Shown: piece after piece, positions 24,747 through 39,072 of the stretch
Layout of the letters: the number at the start of each line of letters is the position of its first letter
How positions within the stretch are numbered: position 1 is the first letter of the stretch
NCBI GenBank assembly: GCA_951406725.2
Contig: OX597834.1
Location: 5,146,001 to 5,210,000 of the forward strand
Length of the DNA stretch: 64,000 bases
Reading direction: 5' to 3'
Source: Octopus vulgaris
Lineage: Eukaryota
Made by a program: the position numbers and the translations under genes
Notes under the pieces: model-generated
The model's database searches: none
Told to the model about the DNA's origin: nothing
The model's input: the letters and a program-made list of their open reading frames with translations, nothing else

Positions 24747-26394
24747 ATAAACATGTTAATATACACAACACAGGCAGTATGGCGAACAGCTGTACGAAAA
24801 TTAAACCAACCAGTGTATGATCGTTTATTGCATAAAGATGGCTGCGAAAAGGATGGAAAATGGTTAAATAAATGTATGCTTATTTCATAGTTCCTGACTT
24901 TGCATGGCTTACACACGTTTCATGCTATTTCAGATTATTTCATAGATCAAATCTTTTGGATTTCAGCTCTATGGGCACTCAGGTTTACACTTCTCTGTAT
25001 TGCATTACTATGTGATCTGATAGCCGTGTCCGTTAGAGGAGCTTTCTGTGATACCCACACAATTCTCTGTATCCATTTCTTATACTACAAATTTACGTAT
25101 ATATATATATATATATATACATATATATAATAACATACATATACATGTATGTATGCTTGCATGTATGTATATATATGCATTGTATGTATTCATGTATACA
25201 CACATACATATCCATGTGTATGTACAAGGAATGTAAACTGGGGGAAGGAGTAAAAATACTCTATATAGTGTAAAACATTTTAATAGTAGTTGGAACTTCA
25301 TTAATCGCTTATCCTAATTTCTAGTTTCCGATCTTGAGTAGATTGGAATAAGTGGAACATAGAATTATATATAATTGCACATTGGAAAAATATTGAATCG
25401 CATTGCATGCAGTTGTTAAATTGCAGAAATTAACAAAGGAATATTATTAGCTGAGTGGCGTTCTTTTTTTTTTTCTGAAAATAGAAAATAGAAAAAAATC
25501 TTTGACACTTGGAAAATTAAAAATTATTCTATGAAATTGCTTTCTACAAAGAATAATAAACGTGTGAAACTATATGCGAAAACTTTTATACGATGAAATA
25601 ATAAATGTGCTAGAAAAAAATAATTCATATTGACTAAAGCCTCTATTCTTTTTAGTCGAAAGATTATATTTTTTCGATTCAATTCCATTATTATAATCTA
25701 AACTACTTTGATTTGGCTGTTCAAAATTCCGATGTGAATAAATACTGTAAAACTAAATTATTTCTGAATGCTAGTTTAACCAATTGTAATTTTGGAAATA
25801 TATTTCCAATTTAATATAGTTTTGATCAAAAATTGATGTATATAGTGCGACAGAGAATCGATTATTGAAATCTCAACGCAACACAGAGACTGCTTCTTTG
25901 AAAACGAAGGAATGTTTTGGCGGTGTTGCGTTATATATAGGGGCAGGTTTTACTTTAAATGCATGGATATCTTACTAAATTATTTTTAAAATGCGTTTTC
26001 TTTCAGATAACTAAGAGATACAAATTAGTATTTTTCTTTGAGATGGATTTAAATAAGGGAGGTCAAAAATTTCAAAAGTTAATCACCATTAGAAGGTGAT
26101 TACTAGCAAAATTACTAGCAAATTTACCGTTTTTTTTTTTTGGTGAAGGTTAGGTGAAGGAAACTGAGTAGATGTAAGTACAAGTGTGTCTTAATGAAAG
26201 TTTATGAAATATGTGATCTATTGTTAAATGGCAATAAATTAAATTGAAAATCCTTTACAATTTCAGCTTAAATGCTCGCATCTATCATTCAATATTAGGA
26301 TCTTCCTACGCATATAAACATCAGTGCACTATTTCATACACACTCATAAAGGTGAGTGTGAATATTGCACTGATGTTTCATACACACTCACAAT

Positions 26395-26570
26395 GGTGGT
26401 GAGCTGGCAACAATCCTTAGTACTCCTTTATGCCTTCAGTTTAAATTCCGCTAGGGTCGACTTTATCCATCATCCCCGATAAAATAAGTACCAGTTGAAA
26501 CATTGGGATCGATATAATGAACTTATCACAGAAATTTGCTTGCGTTCTTCCAAAATTTGAAATCAATATT
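26395..26570 (+). mobile_element. Old SINE related to family B (different tail)
   Basis: ggtggtgagctggca...aaattccgctagggtcgacttt...gataaaataagtaccagtt. Similar copy at 49970-50170. Confidence 0.7.
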
Positions 26571-26796
26571 TACACACACACACACCCACACAATACATTC
26601 AATCTTTTATTTCATAATTTCTATTAAATTGGATGTCTTTTGCATAATATTCTGCTTCATGTCTGCATAGTAACGGTCAGTAAAACAGTAAAATCCGTAT
26701 TATAATTTAAATTTGTATTAACTATCTACAATTAATTTTACGATTAAAAGTACACACACACACACACACACACAAACGCACACACGCACATATTTA

Positions 26797-26988
26797 CGAG
26801 GGGGTGGTGCAGAAAAGTTCCTGACTTCGGGTAAAAGAAAGTAGAGGAGGATCAGTTAATCATGATATTATTCAACATATTCTCCTCTCAGGTTAATACA
26901 CTTAGTGCAGCAGTCCTTCAGTTTTTCTTAGCCTCGTAAAAGAACTCAGACGGTTGAACCTCCAGGTAGGCTTTCGTGATACCCTTAA
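26797..26988 (-). mobile_element. Mariner-derived MITE, one TIR retained
   Basis: TA|CGAGGGGGTGGTGCAGAAAAGTTCC terminus. Reverse-complement homolog of 41067-41280. Confidence 0.75.
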
Positions 26989-27212
26989 ATATATATGTAT
27001 ATATATATATTTTTTTTTTTTTTAAATTTAAAATTACGTAATATGTTGATAGTGAAACATGTCTGCGAATAATCCTTATATTTATTGCTTTTTCTTTTGT
27101 CTTGCTCCAGTACGTTTTGGTTATTTTGCTAAATGTTTCTTGTGAACATTTCTTAGTAGTAAGACCATAGCAGATCTATTTCTATCATAAGGGTGTCCAC
27201 ATAGTGGTTTCC

Positions 27213-27275
<63 letters not shown>

Positions 27276-27377
27276 AATAGAACATAAAAGCAATTATCGA
27301 GAAAGAAGGCAATGATACATGGAATACCATTCGTCAGAACATGATCACCAGAATCAGCGTCGTCCCGCTATTCTTTG

Positions 27378-27796
27378 ATTCTTTTATTCTTTTATTTGTT
27401 TCAGTCGCTTGACTGCGGCCATGCTGGAGCACCGCCTTTCGTCAAACAAATCGACCCCAGGACATATTCTTTGAAAGCCTATAACTTATTCTATTGTTTT
27501 CTTTTGCCGAACCGCTAAGTTATGGGGACATAGACAAGCCAACACCAGTTGTCAAGCGATGGTGGGGGGAGAGACACAGACATGCACGCACATGCACACA
27601 CATGCACACACACACACACATATACATATATACGACAGGCTTCTTTCAGTTTCCGTTTACCAAATCCACTTACAAAGCTTTGGTCGGCCCGAGGCTATAG
27701 TAGAAGACACTTGCCCAAGGTGCCACGCAGTAGGACTGAACCCGGAACCATGTAGTTGGTAAGCAAGCTGGTTACCACACAACCAATCCTTCGCCT
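27378..27796 (-). mobile_element. SINE family A, diverged full-length copy
   Basis: Aligns to family A. Confidence 0.9.
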
Positions 27797-28873
27797 ATAT
27801 GTTCAACATACGAATGAGATGGAAACTTCTGACAGATATCTACAGATGTAACCAGTTATTTGTCCAGTACTAGTGAAGAATATATATCTAGAAATTGGTG
27901 GCCTCCACGCCACATATATAGGAAATGTGGGCGTGTGTGTGTGAAGACACAAAGAGAGAAAAAGAGCATTGTGGGGTACAAGTTTCCCTGGTGTTATACG
28001 AGTTGGTTTGAGTTCTAATATATATTTAAAAGATAGATTTTTGGTTTGCTATAAAAATAGAAGACATTCAACTGGATATTTAAAGTTATATCCAAAAGAT
28101 TAAGACTGAAATGAGTTTGATCAGGAATGTGTGTGTGTGTGTATGTGTGTGTGTGTCTGTGTGTGTGTTTAAAATCAAGCGCGTGATATGCATTTAAGTA
28201 TAACCTAGCTGTGACAAGATACATTCATTTTCATATATAAATATGTATGCACACACACACACACACCTACACACAAACACACACACAACTACACACACAC
28301 TCACGTACACGTATACATGTAATAGGACATCTATTGGATATAATGGTGAAGTATGTATATCCAGAAATAGGAGGCCTTTAATATTTATATAATATTTCAT
28401 GGAAACAGTATCTTTGGTTTGTTATACGCTATTAAGAAAGATGTGACAAAGTGTTGCAGGAAAATTAATCACTTATAGAAGTCTGCTGAAACAATATATC
28501 CAAATTAAAACCACATAATTCTGAGAAAGAAATATCATAGGAAAAATACTAACTTAAAATCAGGAAAATATATCACAATTAAATATTCTTTTCAGTCTTA
28601 AACATATAAGAATATAAATAATTTCCTTTTTTTTATAATTTTCAGGAAATCAGAACGTAATCATTACGTTTATGAATTTGTGTTGCAAGATTCCTGATGG
28701 GAAACCGTGTGTTTAAACAGATATTGTGTGTGTATATGTACATATATACACACACACATACACGCACACATATATATATACATATATACACATACATACA
28801 TACACGTACACATATATGCATACACACACATAAATATACACATACATATATGTATATATATATATATACATAC

Positions 28874-28912
<39 letters not shown>

Positions 28913-29121
28913 CATATACATACATATATATGGATCTATATTGCAAGATAATATGTTGAATACAATTTATTCAAATATGGTTCCTCAGGTTCATATGCAT
29001 TAAGAGTTGTGGGCGCCATGTATATATCAAGTTATGTATGGTCTTGATTGTAATATGTGAATGTGTGTTTAGCTGCGTGTAGTCATCTGGGTAATTGTTC
29101 AGTGAATTTATCTATAATGCG

Positions 29122-29494
29122 CTCACAACTTTTTTGATACAAATTTTTGTTGCATTGGGCTAAAACTATGACATTATTCAAGCTTTCGTTTATCATTGAA
29201 GCTAAGATAAATATATTTTGCTTTTAAAATAAAAGCGATGTTTAGATCTAAACTCGATTGGTGGCATTACTTACTCTCTTATAACGTTGCTACAATTCTT
29301 TATGTAAAGTTTTTTCTACTCGACCAAATCTCCGTATTTTTATGCCAAAATGTAGCTAGGGACCATTACTATTCAAAGATGGTAACAGTATTCAATTTGA
29401 TTAAGAATTGAATTAGTGACAAGCTCTGAAAGATGCTGCGGGTGAGTAAATTGCGGCCTTAAGAATATTAATCAACTACTACCGTACTTGAATG
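29122..29494. repeat. Diverged ~350-bp duplication, copy 1 (copy 2 at ~37188-37526)
   Basis: Shared blocks gggctaaaactat, tatcattgaagctaagat, ttacttactctc, gacaagctctgaaa and aattgcggccttaagaatattaatc. Confidence 0.85.
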
Positions 29495-30454
29495 GTTATA
29501 CCATCGCTTTGTATATAGCAGACGATATTGGCCAATGTGTTATAAAATGTCTTTTAGAAAATGACTGAAAAGTTTTAAATAATGAAATATGAAAAGGAAA
29601 CGGAAAATGTAATTAAATAACATTTAAACATTTATAAAAGAATTCAAATTAACTCGAAAACATTTAACATTTTTAAAATACCTTTTTTAATTGTAACTTA
29701 TTTAAGATTGAAATATTTTAGTACATTAAGTACATTAGCTGTTTTGAAACACTTCGCTGGTTGTTTAAATGATTCAGTTCAATGGTAGTTGCAAGAATAT
29801 CTTAGCAGTTGCTATTATGACAAAACTAGTAATAGCTATAATGATGCATCTAAGCCGTAGTTGTACGAACAAAGACCAGCGGTTCTAATGACAAAGATCA
29901 GCTCAATGCTCCGTATTTTCAAACAGTTAAGATGTAGTTGTAATAGTTGTTGTAATGAAATAATTCAGCGTTGATTGTAACGAGGTCTTAGAAACCTTTA
30001 TAATGACAGACCGCGTTGAAAGTTTTAATGACACAACTTCGTGCTGATTATAATGAAAGCGAAAAGTGGTGATTATAATGACAATCATTGTGATGATTTT
30101 AATGAAACAACTCAGCGACATTTGTAATGTTTCGGTTGATTATATTGAAACAAAACAGTATTTACTGTAAGGAAACAGCTAAATAACTTTGTACTGATTG
30201 CAATAACACAACTTTTGACGGTTGTTATAAGAGAGCACAACAGGGGTTGTATTGACAAAGTATTGCAATGCCAAAGTCTTGAAGGTTTCTAATGAAACAA
30301 CCTCATCAATGAGAAAGCTGCTGGCTCAATCGCTTGTGTCTTTACCCTGAAGTCTCTGCAGCAAGCCAATAATTTTGAGCTTGAAAGATCGTTACCTGTT
30401 TGTCCTCCCGGGCTGAACTACGTAATTTTGTATCCGATGAGGTTTATATCTTTA

Positions 30455-30665
30455 ATCTTTTACTTCTTTTCCTCATTACACTGCGGCCATGTTGGGGCAC
30501 TGCCTTGAAGAATTTTTTAGTTGAATCAATCCATCCCAGTGCTTATTTTTTTAAGCCTGGTACTTATTCTATCGGTGTATGTTGCCGAACCGTAAAGTTA
30601 CTGAGATGTAAACACACCAAGATCGGTTGTCAAACGGTAGTGGGGGACAAACACAGACACAAAGA
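30455..30665 (-). mobile_element. SINE family A-related, 3' half, older subfamily
   Basis: ctgcggccatg...gtacttattctatcgg...gggggacaaacacagacac. Confidence 0.8.
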
Positions 30666-30710
30666 CGATTTGGTTGGCAAGATTCTTTATATGAGTTCGT
30701 GTGTTGAAGC

Positions 30711-30945
30711 ATATTCTGTTGTGTCTGGGGAGAGTCATTCTCTTTTAGTACCTTATTATTTAACACACTCACCGGTAAAACTTCCACTTATTTCGTCCTT
30801 TTTGTCTTTTTTCGTCTTTTTACGTCTTTTTTTTTGTCTTTTGTTTTAATCTTTTTAACAAAAAGACGAAATAAGTGGAAACTTTACCGGTGAGTGTGTT
30901 AAATAATAAGGTACTAAAAGAGAATGACTCTCCCCAGAAACAACA

Positions 30946-30951
<6 letters not shown>
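30711..30951. repeat. Fold-back: ~95-bp near-perfect inverted arms (30711-30805 / 30858-30951) ending in (TA)n
   Basis: atattctgttgtgtctggggagagtcattctc...ttccacttatttcgtc is reverse-complementary to gacgaaataagtggaa...ctctccccagaaacaacagaatat. Confidence 0.92.
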
Positions 30952-31006
<55 letters not shown>

Positions 31007-31050
31007 TGATTGATGTGGTAGACGATGTGTACGTTGAGGATTTATTTAGT

Positions 31051-31150
31051 ACAACGATCATTTCGGCTTCGTTCTGCACTGCCCTCTAGTGGGTGTGGGG
31101 CGACGTAATAACATCAGATGCAACGCACAGTGCAGGGACCCTCATCAGGT
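31051..31150 (-). ncRNA. Hammerhead ribozyme motif with extended stem II
   Basis: Minus strand: AC-CUGAUGA-GG..CUGCACUG...CAGUGCAG..CC-GAAA-UGAUCG-UU-GU, 50 nt upstream of (TA)n. Stem I is short. Confidence 0.55.
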
Positions 31151-31380
31151 GATGTAACACGCTTCAAAAGTTATAAGATTTACATCCCGTTTGCGCTCGA
31201 AAATTATATACTGGTGATGAGCTGCTAGCTGTTCAGTCACATGGAAGCCATAAGTAGTGAATGTGCTCGGCAGGCCCACCACTTAGAACTTCCCGAAACA
31301 AGGTTTGGATACTGCATTTAGTGCTGCCTTTCTAAACATCAATTTAAAATGTTTAATTCAATTTATACATACATGTGTGT

Positions 31381-31429
<49 letters not shown>

Positions 31430-31454
31430 ATATATATATATATATATATATATA

Positions 31455-31567
31455 CAAGGCTTTGGTCGGCTCAAGGCTATAGTAGAAGACACATGCCCAA
31501 GGTGATACGCAGGGGGACTGAACCCGGAACCATGTGGTTAGGAAGCAAATTTCTTACTACACAGCCA
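31455..31567 (-). mobile_element. SINE family A head fragment
   Basis: caaggctttggtcggc...gggactgaacccggaaccatgtgg. Confidence 0.85.
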
Positions 31568-32246
31568 AATTTGATTCACTCTTTTAAACGTCTTATGTTC
31601 TGATACAAAAGCGAATAATGTTCCCCACTTCAGGAATCTGGGAAGAATGATATCACTACTGAATGAGCAAGAATTTCGCTAAAGATGTTATTCGCACCTG
31701 TAAATCTGTTGAGCACCCTCGATCTTTCGTTTTCAAGGATCGTGAAGAAAGGCGAGTAATAGTGGAAATGAGGGACCGAGATGCTACATATGTTGCTGCG
31801 AAATGAGCCACCTTGGGATATTTTGTACCACGGTGAAGACGAACCCCATTTGTCAACCACTATTGTCAACATCCCGACCACTGCAGTTACAAAAATAGTT
31901 GTGTCAATAGAAGACATAAAAACACAGCGGCAACAACAATAACAAACTTAGACAGAAGAGACCCACCAAATCGTATCTTCCTACCATGGCCATCAACAAT
32001 TGAAGAAAATCACAGCCAAATAGAGCAACAATACATTAAATGTGATGCAGATCAATGACAACCACAAAATATTCAAATACCAGTATTTGAAGAGGGGTCA
32101 AGAAGTAAGAGAGAAAGGACAGGCAATTTCATCCACCTGACTCCTAAAATAAATCTTCATTTTTTTGTTGTACCAAGCCAAAGAACACGGTAAAAAGGGG
32201 TTCAAATAATTTAACCATTCAAAACCGCTTGACTAGGTTGTATTCC

Positions 32247-33245
32247 TTTCATATAGAATTAATAATTATTACATATAAGTTCATTTACATGTTTGACAAA
32301 AGAAAACCCCAAAAAAACGATAATCTTACCTCAGCAAAACGTACATACGCCTTCCTACCCTACCAACATATTGAACTACTAAAGTACTTAGAAGGTGTTT
32401 TATCACTAAATTAAATTATTACTTTCTTATCTTTTCATAATGACCTACAATATGGTAGATCCATTGGTGACCACAACTCTTCTGCCATTCACAATGGACT
32501 CTTGCCTTTGAGGAATTTCGTACATCTGTAAACCTTTCCACTTAACTATAGAGACATCCTGCCTGTGGGCTCCACCTGTTTCTCATCTTTTGGAATGGTA
32601 TCTTCGCATCAGACAACTTTATCTGCCCCTCATTCTATCAACCCCAACGTGCATAAAGGTTCGTCTTTTTGTACTCCTCATTCTTTTTCCGTACATAACC
32701 GCTTTAGCTGTCACCATATCCAAATCTCATATCCATACACATAACTCACTCGCCCATCACTAATTTAAGCTGCTCTATCCACTCCAAATAATAATCGACT
32801 CTGTCAATATAATAAAATACAGTTAATTTTGTGAGCAATAAAATATGAAATTTATAGGTAATTATTGCAATGTTTAGGAGCTAGTGTACTCAACATTGCA
32901 ATAATGTATTATTTTTGTTGTCTGTGGCATTTTTATATGATTTTTAATTCACATCTCATTAATGGCATTATTAGATTCTTAGGTGAGTTTAGCCAGAAGA
33001 CAAGAAATGCGATGAATTTATGATAACATTATTTACAATCATTCGTTTCATTGTATTTCATAATTGTTCTATACTAATAATTTAATTTAGTGATAAAACA
33101 CCTTCTAAGTACTTTAGTAGTTCAATATGTTGGTAGGGTAGGAAGGCGATATAGTATGTAATTTTTGTTGAGGTGAGACTATCGTTTTCTTTTTCTCGAA
33201 CCTGTAAATCAATTTGTATGTGATAATAATTAATTCTAAATGAAA
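32247..33245. repeat. Inverted repeat pair (~175-bp arms) with a 74-bp identical inner core around a ~650-bp spacer
   Basis: 32348-32421 is the exact reverse complement of 33075-33148. The outer parts align with many mismatches. Confidence 0.9.
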
Positions 33246-34178
33246 TCAATAGAATTACATCTTTTGCATCCTTCGATGTCCCATATATGAAGCAAACTAA
33301 GGACGACCTCAAAATTTTTAAATGGCAGGAGAAGAGGGGCCAGGGAAGGAGAGAAAAGTTCAGGTGACTTCAGCAACATGAGCCTCCCAAAAGTCCAAAC
33401 TTTATTTCTGTCAAGCCAAGGAAAAGCGAATGTTGCAACCATTCGATAGGCAAATAACAAAGGTGGCTGCTCGATCCTCAAAAAACAATACTTCCGTTTG
33501 GAATTGAATGACTTCTATGTTCTCCAAACCAAACAAAATATTTATACAAAAATATTCCTTTATTTAATGTTTGTATCTGTTTCTTTTTTCTGGTATTACT
33601 TTGTGAACTCAAACATGTATAGCATATACAAATACACATTCTTAGTTACATATAGAAACACACAATCACGTGCGCAAACATAAGGAGAGGAGCTAAGAGA
33701 GCATATCATTTGTGCATTAAATTGTGATGAGATAAAACAGGGCCTGATTAGACGCGATGCCCAAAGTATACGAATTCACGTTGTTTTAAAGAGAGCAAAT
33801 CAGTAAAGTGTGGTGTAATACAGTACAGTTTTACTACAGTTCATTTTACTTTAAACATAATCTAGCAGCTTTTCACTTGGTGGAGAAGAACCTCTCCAAG
33901 AAGTTCCTTGGGAGTTGCTCTTTCAATCAATCTCTTTCTTTCCCCCATTTTCTGTTTCGCTGCCTCTTTTATATTCTTCAAAAGGGAAGTCAGTAACATC
34001 TGCTTTATATGCTCGTGCGCGTATGTTTGTGTGTGCATGTGCATGTGTGTAGTGTGCACGTATGATTATATGCATACATATATTTATATGTATATACATA
34101 CATATATATATATATATACACATATATATATATAAACATATACGTACATACATACATATATACATACATATACATATG

Positions 34179-34309
<131 letters not shown>

Positions 34310-34890
34310 TTAACATGGCAAACATTATCTGAAATGATACACAGTGAATCCAATTCCATTTCATATACAAGACTACTTGAGAGAATAAAAAGAAATTTCA
34401 AGTTTATGCCAAAAAAAAAAAAGAAGAAAAAGCTACAAAAAAACTTAAAAACTACAAATCCAAAATCAGGATAACAAATTATATTCCAGTCAGGTCTAAA
34501 GATAACTTCAAATTTTTCGCTGTAAGTGAAAATTCTTTTCTCTCTTGTATTTTACTTATATTTAATTTTATTTTTGTTCATATTCACGATTGTAGAGAAA
34601 TTTTCAAAATGTTTGCGTATAGATATGCATGCACACGAACGCTTACACAACAATTATGTATATGAGAGTATACTGTAATATATATGTACACACATATCAA
34701 TATATACATGAGTATATATACATATACATACAAACATATATATATATATACATACAGATATTCATATTTATATACACATATATGTATATATTTATATATA
34801 CTATATATAAATGGAAATATATGTATATGTATACATATATATATGTATATATATATATATGATATATATATGTATATATACATATATGTA

Positions 34891-34942
<52 letters not shown>

Positions 34943-35098
34943 CATATAATTCAGTTGTTTTGGCATGTCTGACATTAAGAGTTTAGTCATGCAACTGACT
35001 AGATTTTGTTTAATTTATAGATGCCTTCCCATATCTCGCTGTGAATACACTTCTGTGTATATATACATACCTACATGCGGGCATGCACACACACACAC

Positions 35099-35129
<31 letters not shown>

Positions 35130-35334
35130 CATGTATATATATATGTGTATGTAGGTATGTATATATATATATCGGTATATATATGGATATATATATATAT
35201 ATGTATGTATACACACATACATATGTACATATTATACACTTATTATTATACAGATATTATGCTCAAGCACACACCGACTTATATACACTAGCGTATTTAC
35301 TCATACACAAGCGCACATGCCACACAAGCGCACA

Positions 35335-35367
<33 letters not shown>

Positions 35368-35426
35368 GTGTATATATATGTGTGTGTGTGTATGCCTAAA
35401 TCCATATATATATATATATATATATA

Positions 35427-35457
35427 TAAGCATTTACGTGTATGCATCTCTCCATCT

Positions 35458-35524
<67 letters not shown>

Positions 35525-35549
35525 GCACATGTACATGCACACACACGTG

Positions 35550-35593
<44 letters not shown>

Positions 35594-36665
35594 ATGTATA
35601 TGTATATGTATTTATATATTTATATTATCGGGATTTTATATTATTAATTATCCATCACAGCTGGCCTTACCAATCGGTTTCACGCAAAAGATACAATGGA
35701 GTGTTAGGTAAGAATCCAATTACATAATTACGCTCATCAGAGGTAAACGGCATGGAAGGGAATATGGCGACTGCTCCCCACTGCCGTAGTTCGGTTAGCA
35801 CCAGCGGTCGGCATCTACTGCAAAAAAAAGTGTTAGAATGTAAACTGGGCTAGGGGATTTGGCTAGGAGTTATTTCCCTTTGCTTATGTGTTTTGTGGAG
35901 CCGGCGAGAGTTATTTTGAAGTGGGGAAATTTTGTATTAATAAAGTGGTACCTCTGCCGAGATGGGGTGTCTGGTATGGAATGTGTGGTATGGGGCCTGC
36001 GGTATGTGTAGCGGTGTCAAATGTATAAATTTTTCTGTGGGTATATTTATACATAACGCTGTGTTCATTGTTCTGTTTTCTTTCTCTAAAGGATAAAGCT
36101 GTGGGTTTTTTTAATATTAGCCTGCGGTGTGTAATGCATAATATGTGTGTAGGGGGGGTTGTGTATATGTAAGGGTACAGTTTCCGTGAGGGGGTATGTG
36201 CTGGGTGTAGTGGAGATAGTTACATGGGAGGTGTCTGTCTTATGGGGGTGTTCGTAGACGTACATATGTACATTGGTGTGTGTCTAGGTCAAACTCTTTT
36301 TGCCGGACCCAAGGTCATTGATGAAAGGTCGTTCGCGGAAGGTGGAAGCAGGGGGCCTGTGGTTGCAGTCATGGTGAGTCGTGCAGGTACGATAGAATGT
36401 ACTTTCTTTCATGCTGACAAGGATTAAACATCTCATTCCTGATACTGAGGTAAACATCCGGTCATGGGGTACCCTTTAAAATCGCTGTCTTCTTAGCCAG
36501 GTATAATTTGCATTTCATGTTACTATTAAAGTACGGCTTGCATTTTTTCTATGATCTTCCACTTTACGCCGTACTCCGTCGCGCTTTCTTTTAAAGCCCA
36601 GACATGCTTGGCTAGCGTTATGGTGTTACATTCCTCTGAGATTTTGAATGTAGACTTGTGGCTAA
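35427..36665 (-). mobile_element. Penelope-like element 3' end (Nematis-type EN C-terminus + 3'UTR + hammerhead pLTR)
   Basis: Minus-strand translation of 36665-36390 reads SHKSTFK..CNTITLAKHVWALKE...YGVKWKIIEK/CKPYFNSNMKCKLYLAKKTAIL...YLSIRNEMFNPCQHERKYIL (1 frameshift, 1 stop). This matches the PLE C-terminal TxLSKxIWxLK..KC.LCL.EK..LN.R.E...CRH pattern. Confidence 0.82.
35665..35743 (-). ncRNA. Hammerhead ribozyme, canonical core
   Basis: CCU-CUGAUGA-GCGUAA[40-nt loop]UUGCGU-GAAA-CCGAUUGG-UA-AGG. Confidence 0.75.
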
Positions 36666-37187
36666 AGCGAGTTCTGGAGGGGACTTCCTTTCCCCCACAT
36701 ATTTCCGCATATTAAAAATTTTCTCGTTCCGTACTTTACCAGATGTAATAAGCTGTCCTGAAATTTTCCAACTTGTCCTGTAGTTTTCGAGGTTTATACT
36801 ATCAAGAATATTATTTCTCTTGCTCGCATTTTCCCATGTAGCCCATGTTTTTCCATGCTATGCTGTTATACCAATGAATAATGTAACAAATGTGTCATTT
36901 AGCCGTGTTGTTGATAATTCTTCCTTACCTCAATGATGTATTAAAAGTCCTTTTATAGAACTATATTCATAAAAAAGTATAGAACTATATTATTACCCTC
37001 ATATTTGAGAAACAAACATTCATTACATTTTTCTTTTAAAACTTCATGACATGAGATCGATACCATGAACTTCCTCGAATTGAGCTCTATCATTTATGTT
37101 TAATTAAAACATAGCTTGTTTGTAGAATAAAACAGTCAAGTATGTATAAATCCAGTTATTTTTACCTTATAATTTTTCATATTTTAC

Positions 37188-37525
37188 CTCACAGAATTTG
37201 TTATACAAATTTTAGTTGCATGGGGCTAAAACTATAAAATTCTTTAAGCTTCCTTCTATCATTGAAGCTAAGATTCTAAACTCGATCGGTGACGTTACTT
37301 ACTCTCCTAAAACGTTGCTACAAATGTTGATGCAAACTTTTTTTCTACTGGATCAAATCTCCATTTTTTATGCCAGACTGTAGCTAAGGACCATTTCTCT
37401 TCCAAACCGTTAACAGTTTTCAGGTTGATTAAGACCTGAATTAGCGACAAGCTCTGAAATATCCTGCATGTGAATGAATTGCGGCCTTAAGAATATTAAT
37501 CTACTACTACTACCATAGTTGAATG

Positions 37526-37526
<1 letters not shown>
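37188..37526. repeat. Diverged ~340-bp duplication, copy 2
   Basis: Aligns to 29122-29494 with a ~30-bp deletion. Confidence 0.85.
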
Positions 37527-37568
<42 letters not shown>

Positions 37569-37571
<3 letters not shown>

Positions 37572-37987
37572 TCTTTATTCTTTTACTCTTTTATTTGTTT
37601 CAGTCATTTGACTGCGGCCATGCTGGGGCACCGCCTTTAATCGAGCAACTCGACCCGGGGACTTATTCTGTTGTAAGCCCAGTACTTATTCTATCGGTCT
37701 CTTTTGCAGAACCGCTAAGTAACGGGGACATAAACACACCAGCATCGGTTGTCAAGCAATGCTAGGGGGACAAACACAGACACACAAACACACACACGCA
37801 TATATATATATATACATACATATATACGACGGGCTTCTTTCAGTTTCCGTCTACCAAATCCACTCACAAGGCTTTGGTCGGCCCGAGGCTATAGTAGAAG
37901 ACACTTGCCCAAGGTGCCACGCAGTGGGACTGAACCCGGAACCATGTGGTTGGTAAACAAGCTACTTACCACACAGCCACTCCTGCG

Positions 37988-37989
<2 letters not shown>
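37569..37989 (-). mobile_element. SINE family A, full length, inserted in (TA)n
   Basis: Aligns to family A. Confidence 0.93.
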
Positions 37990-38889
<900 letters not shown>

Positions 38890-38893
38890 CATA

Positions 38894-38927
38894 TTTTGAT
38901 AAGCATAACAAATGCGCAACCGGTAAA
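38894..38927 (+). ncRNA. Minimal hammerhead-like motif, U3:A8 variant, with a GAAA->GCAA defect
   Basis: UU-UUGAUAA-GCAU(aacaa)AUGC-GCAA-CCGG-UA-AA in a ~150-bp island between (TA)n tracts. Confidence 0.5.
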
Positions 38928-39034
38928 AAGAACTTTCACCTAATTAAATTACTTAAATTACTTCAACTATTTGTCAGCATTTTCTTCATTTCCTTTTTTA
39001 TATATCACCACTCGTGTTCGACATCTCCTTTTTT

Positions 39035-39072
<38 letters not shown>

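Noticed and set aside
24460-24750. Recurrent '[11 protein letters not shown]...[22 protein letters not shown]' ORF family
   Set aside because: Antisense reading of SINE A. The frame depends on microsatellite length and it often starts at a non-ATG codon.
31630-32120. Possible Gypsy integrase C-terminal remnant (..HPRSFV..)
   Set aside because: Only one short motif, with no LTR or supporting domains.
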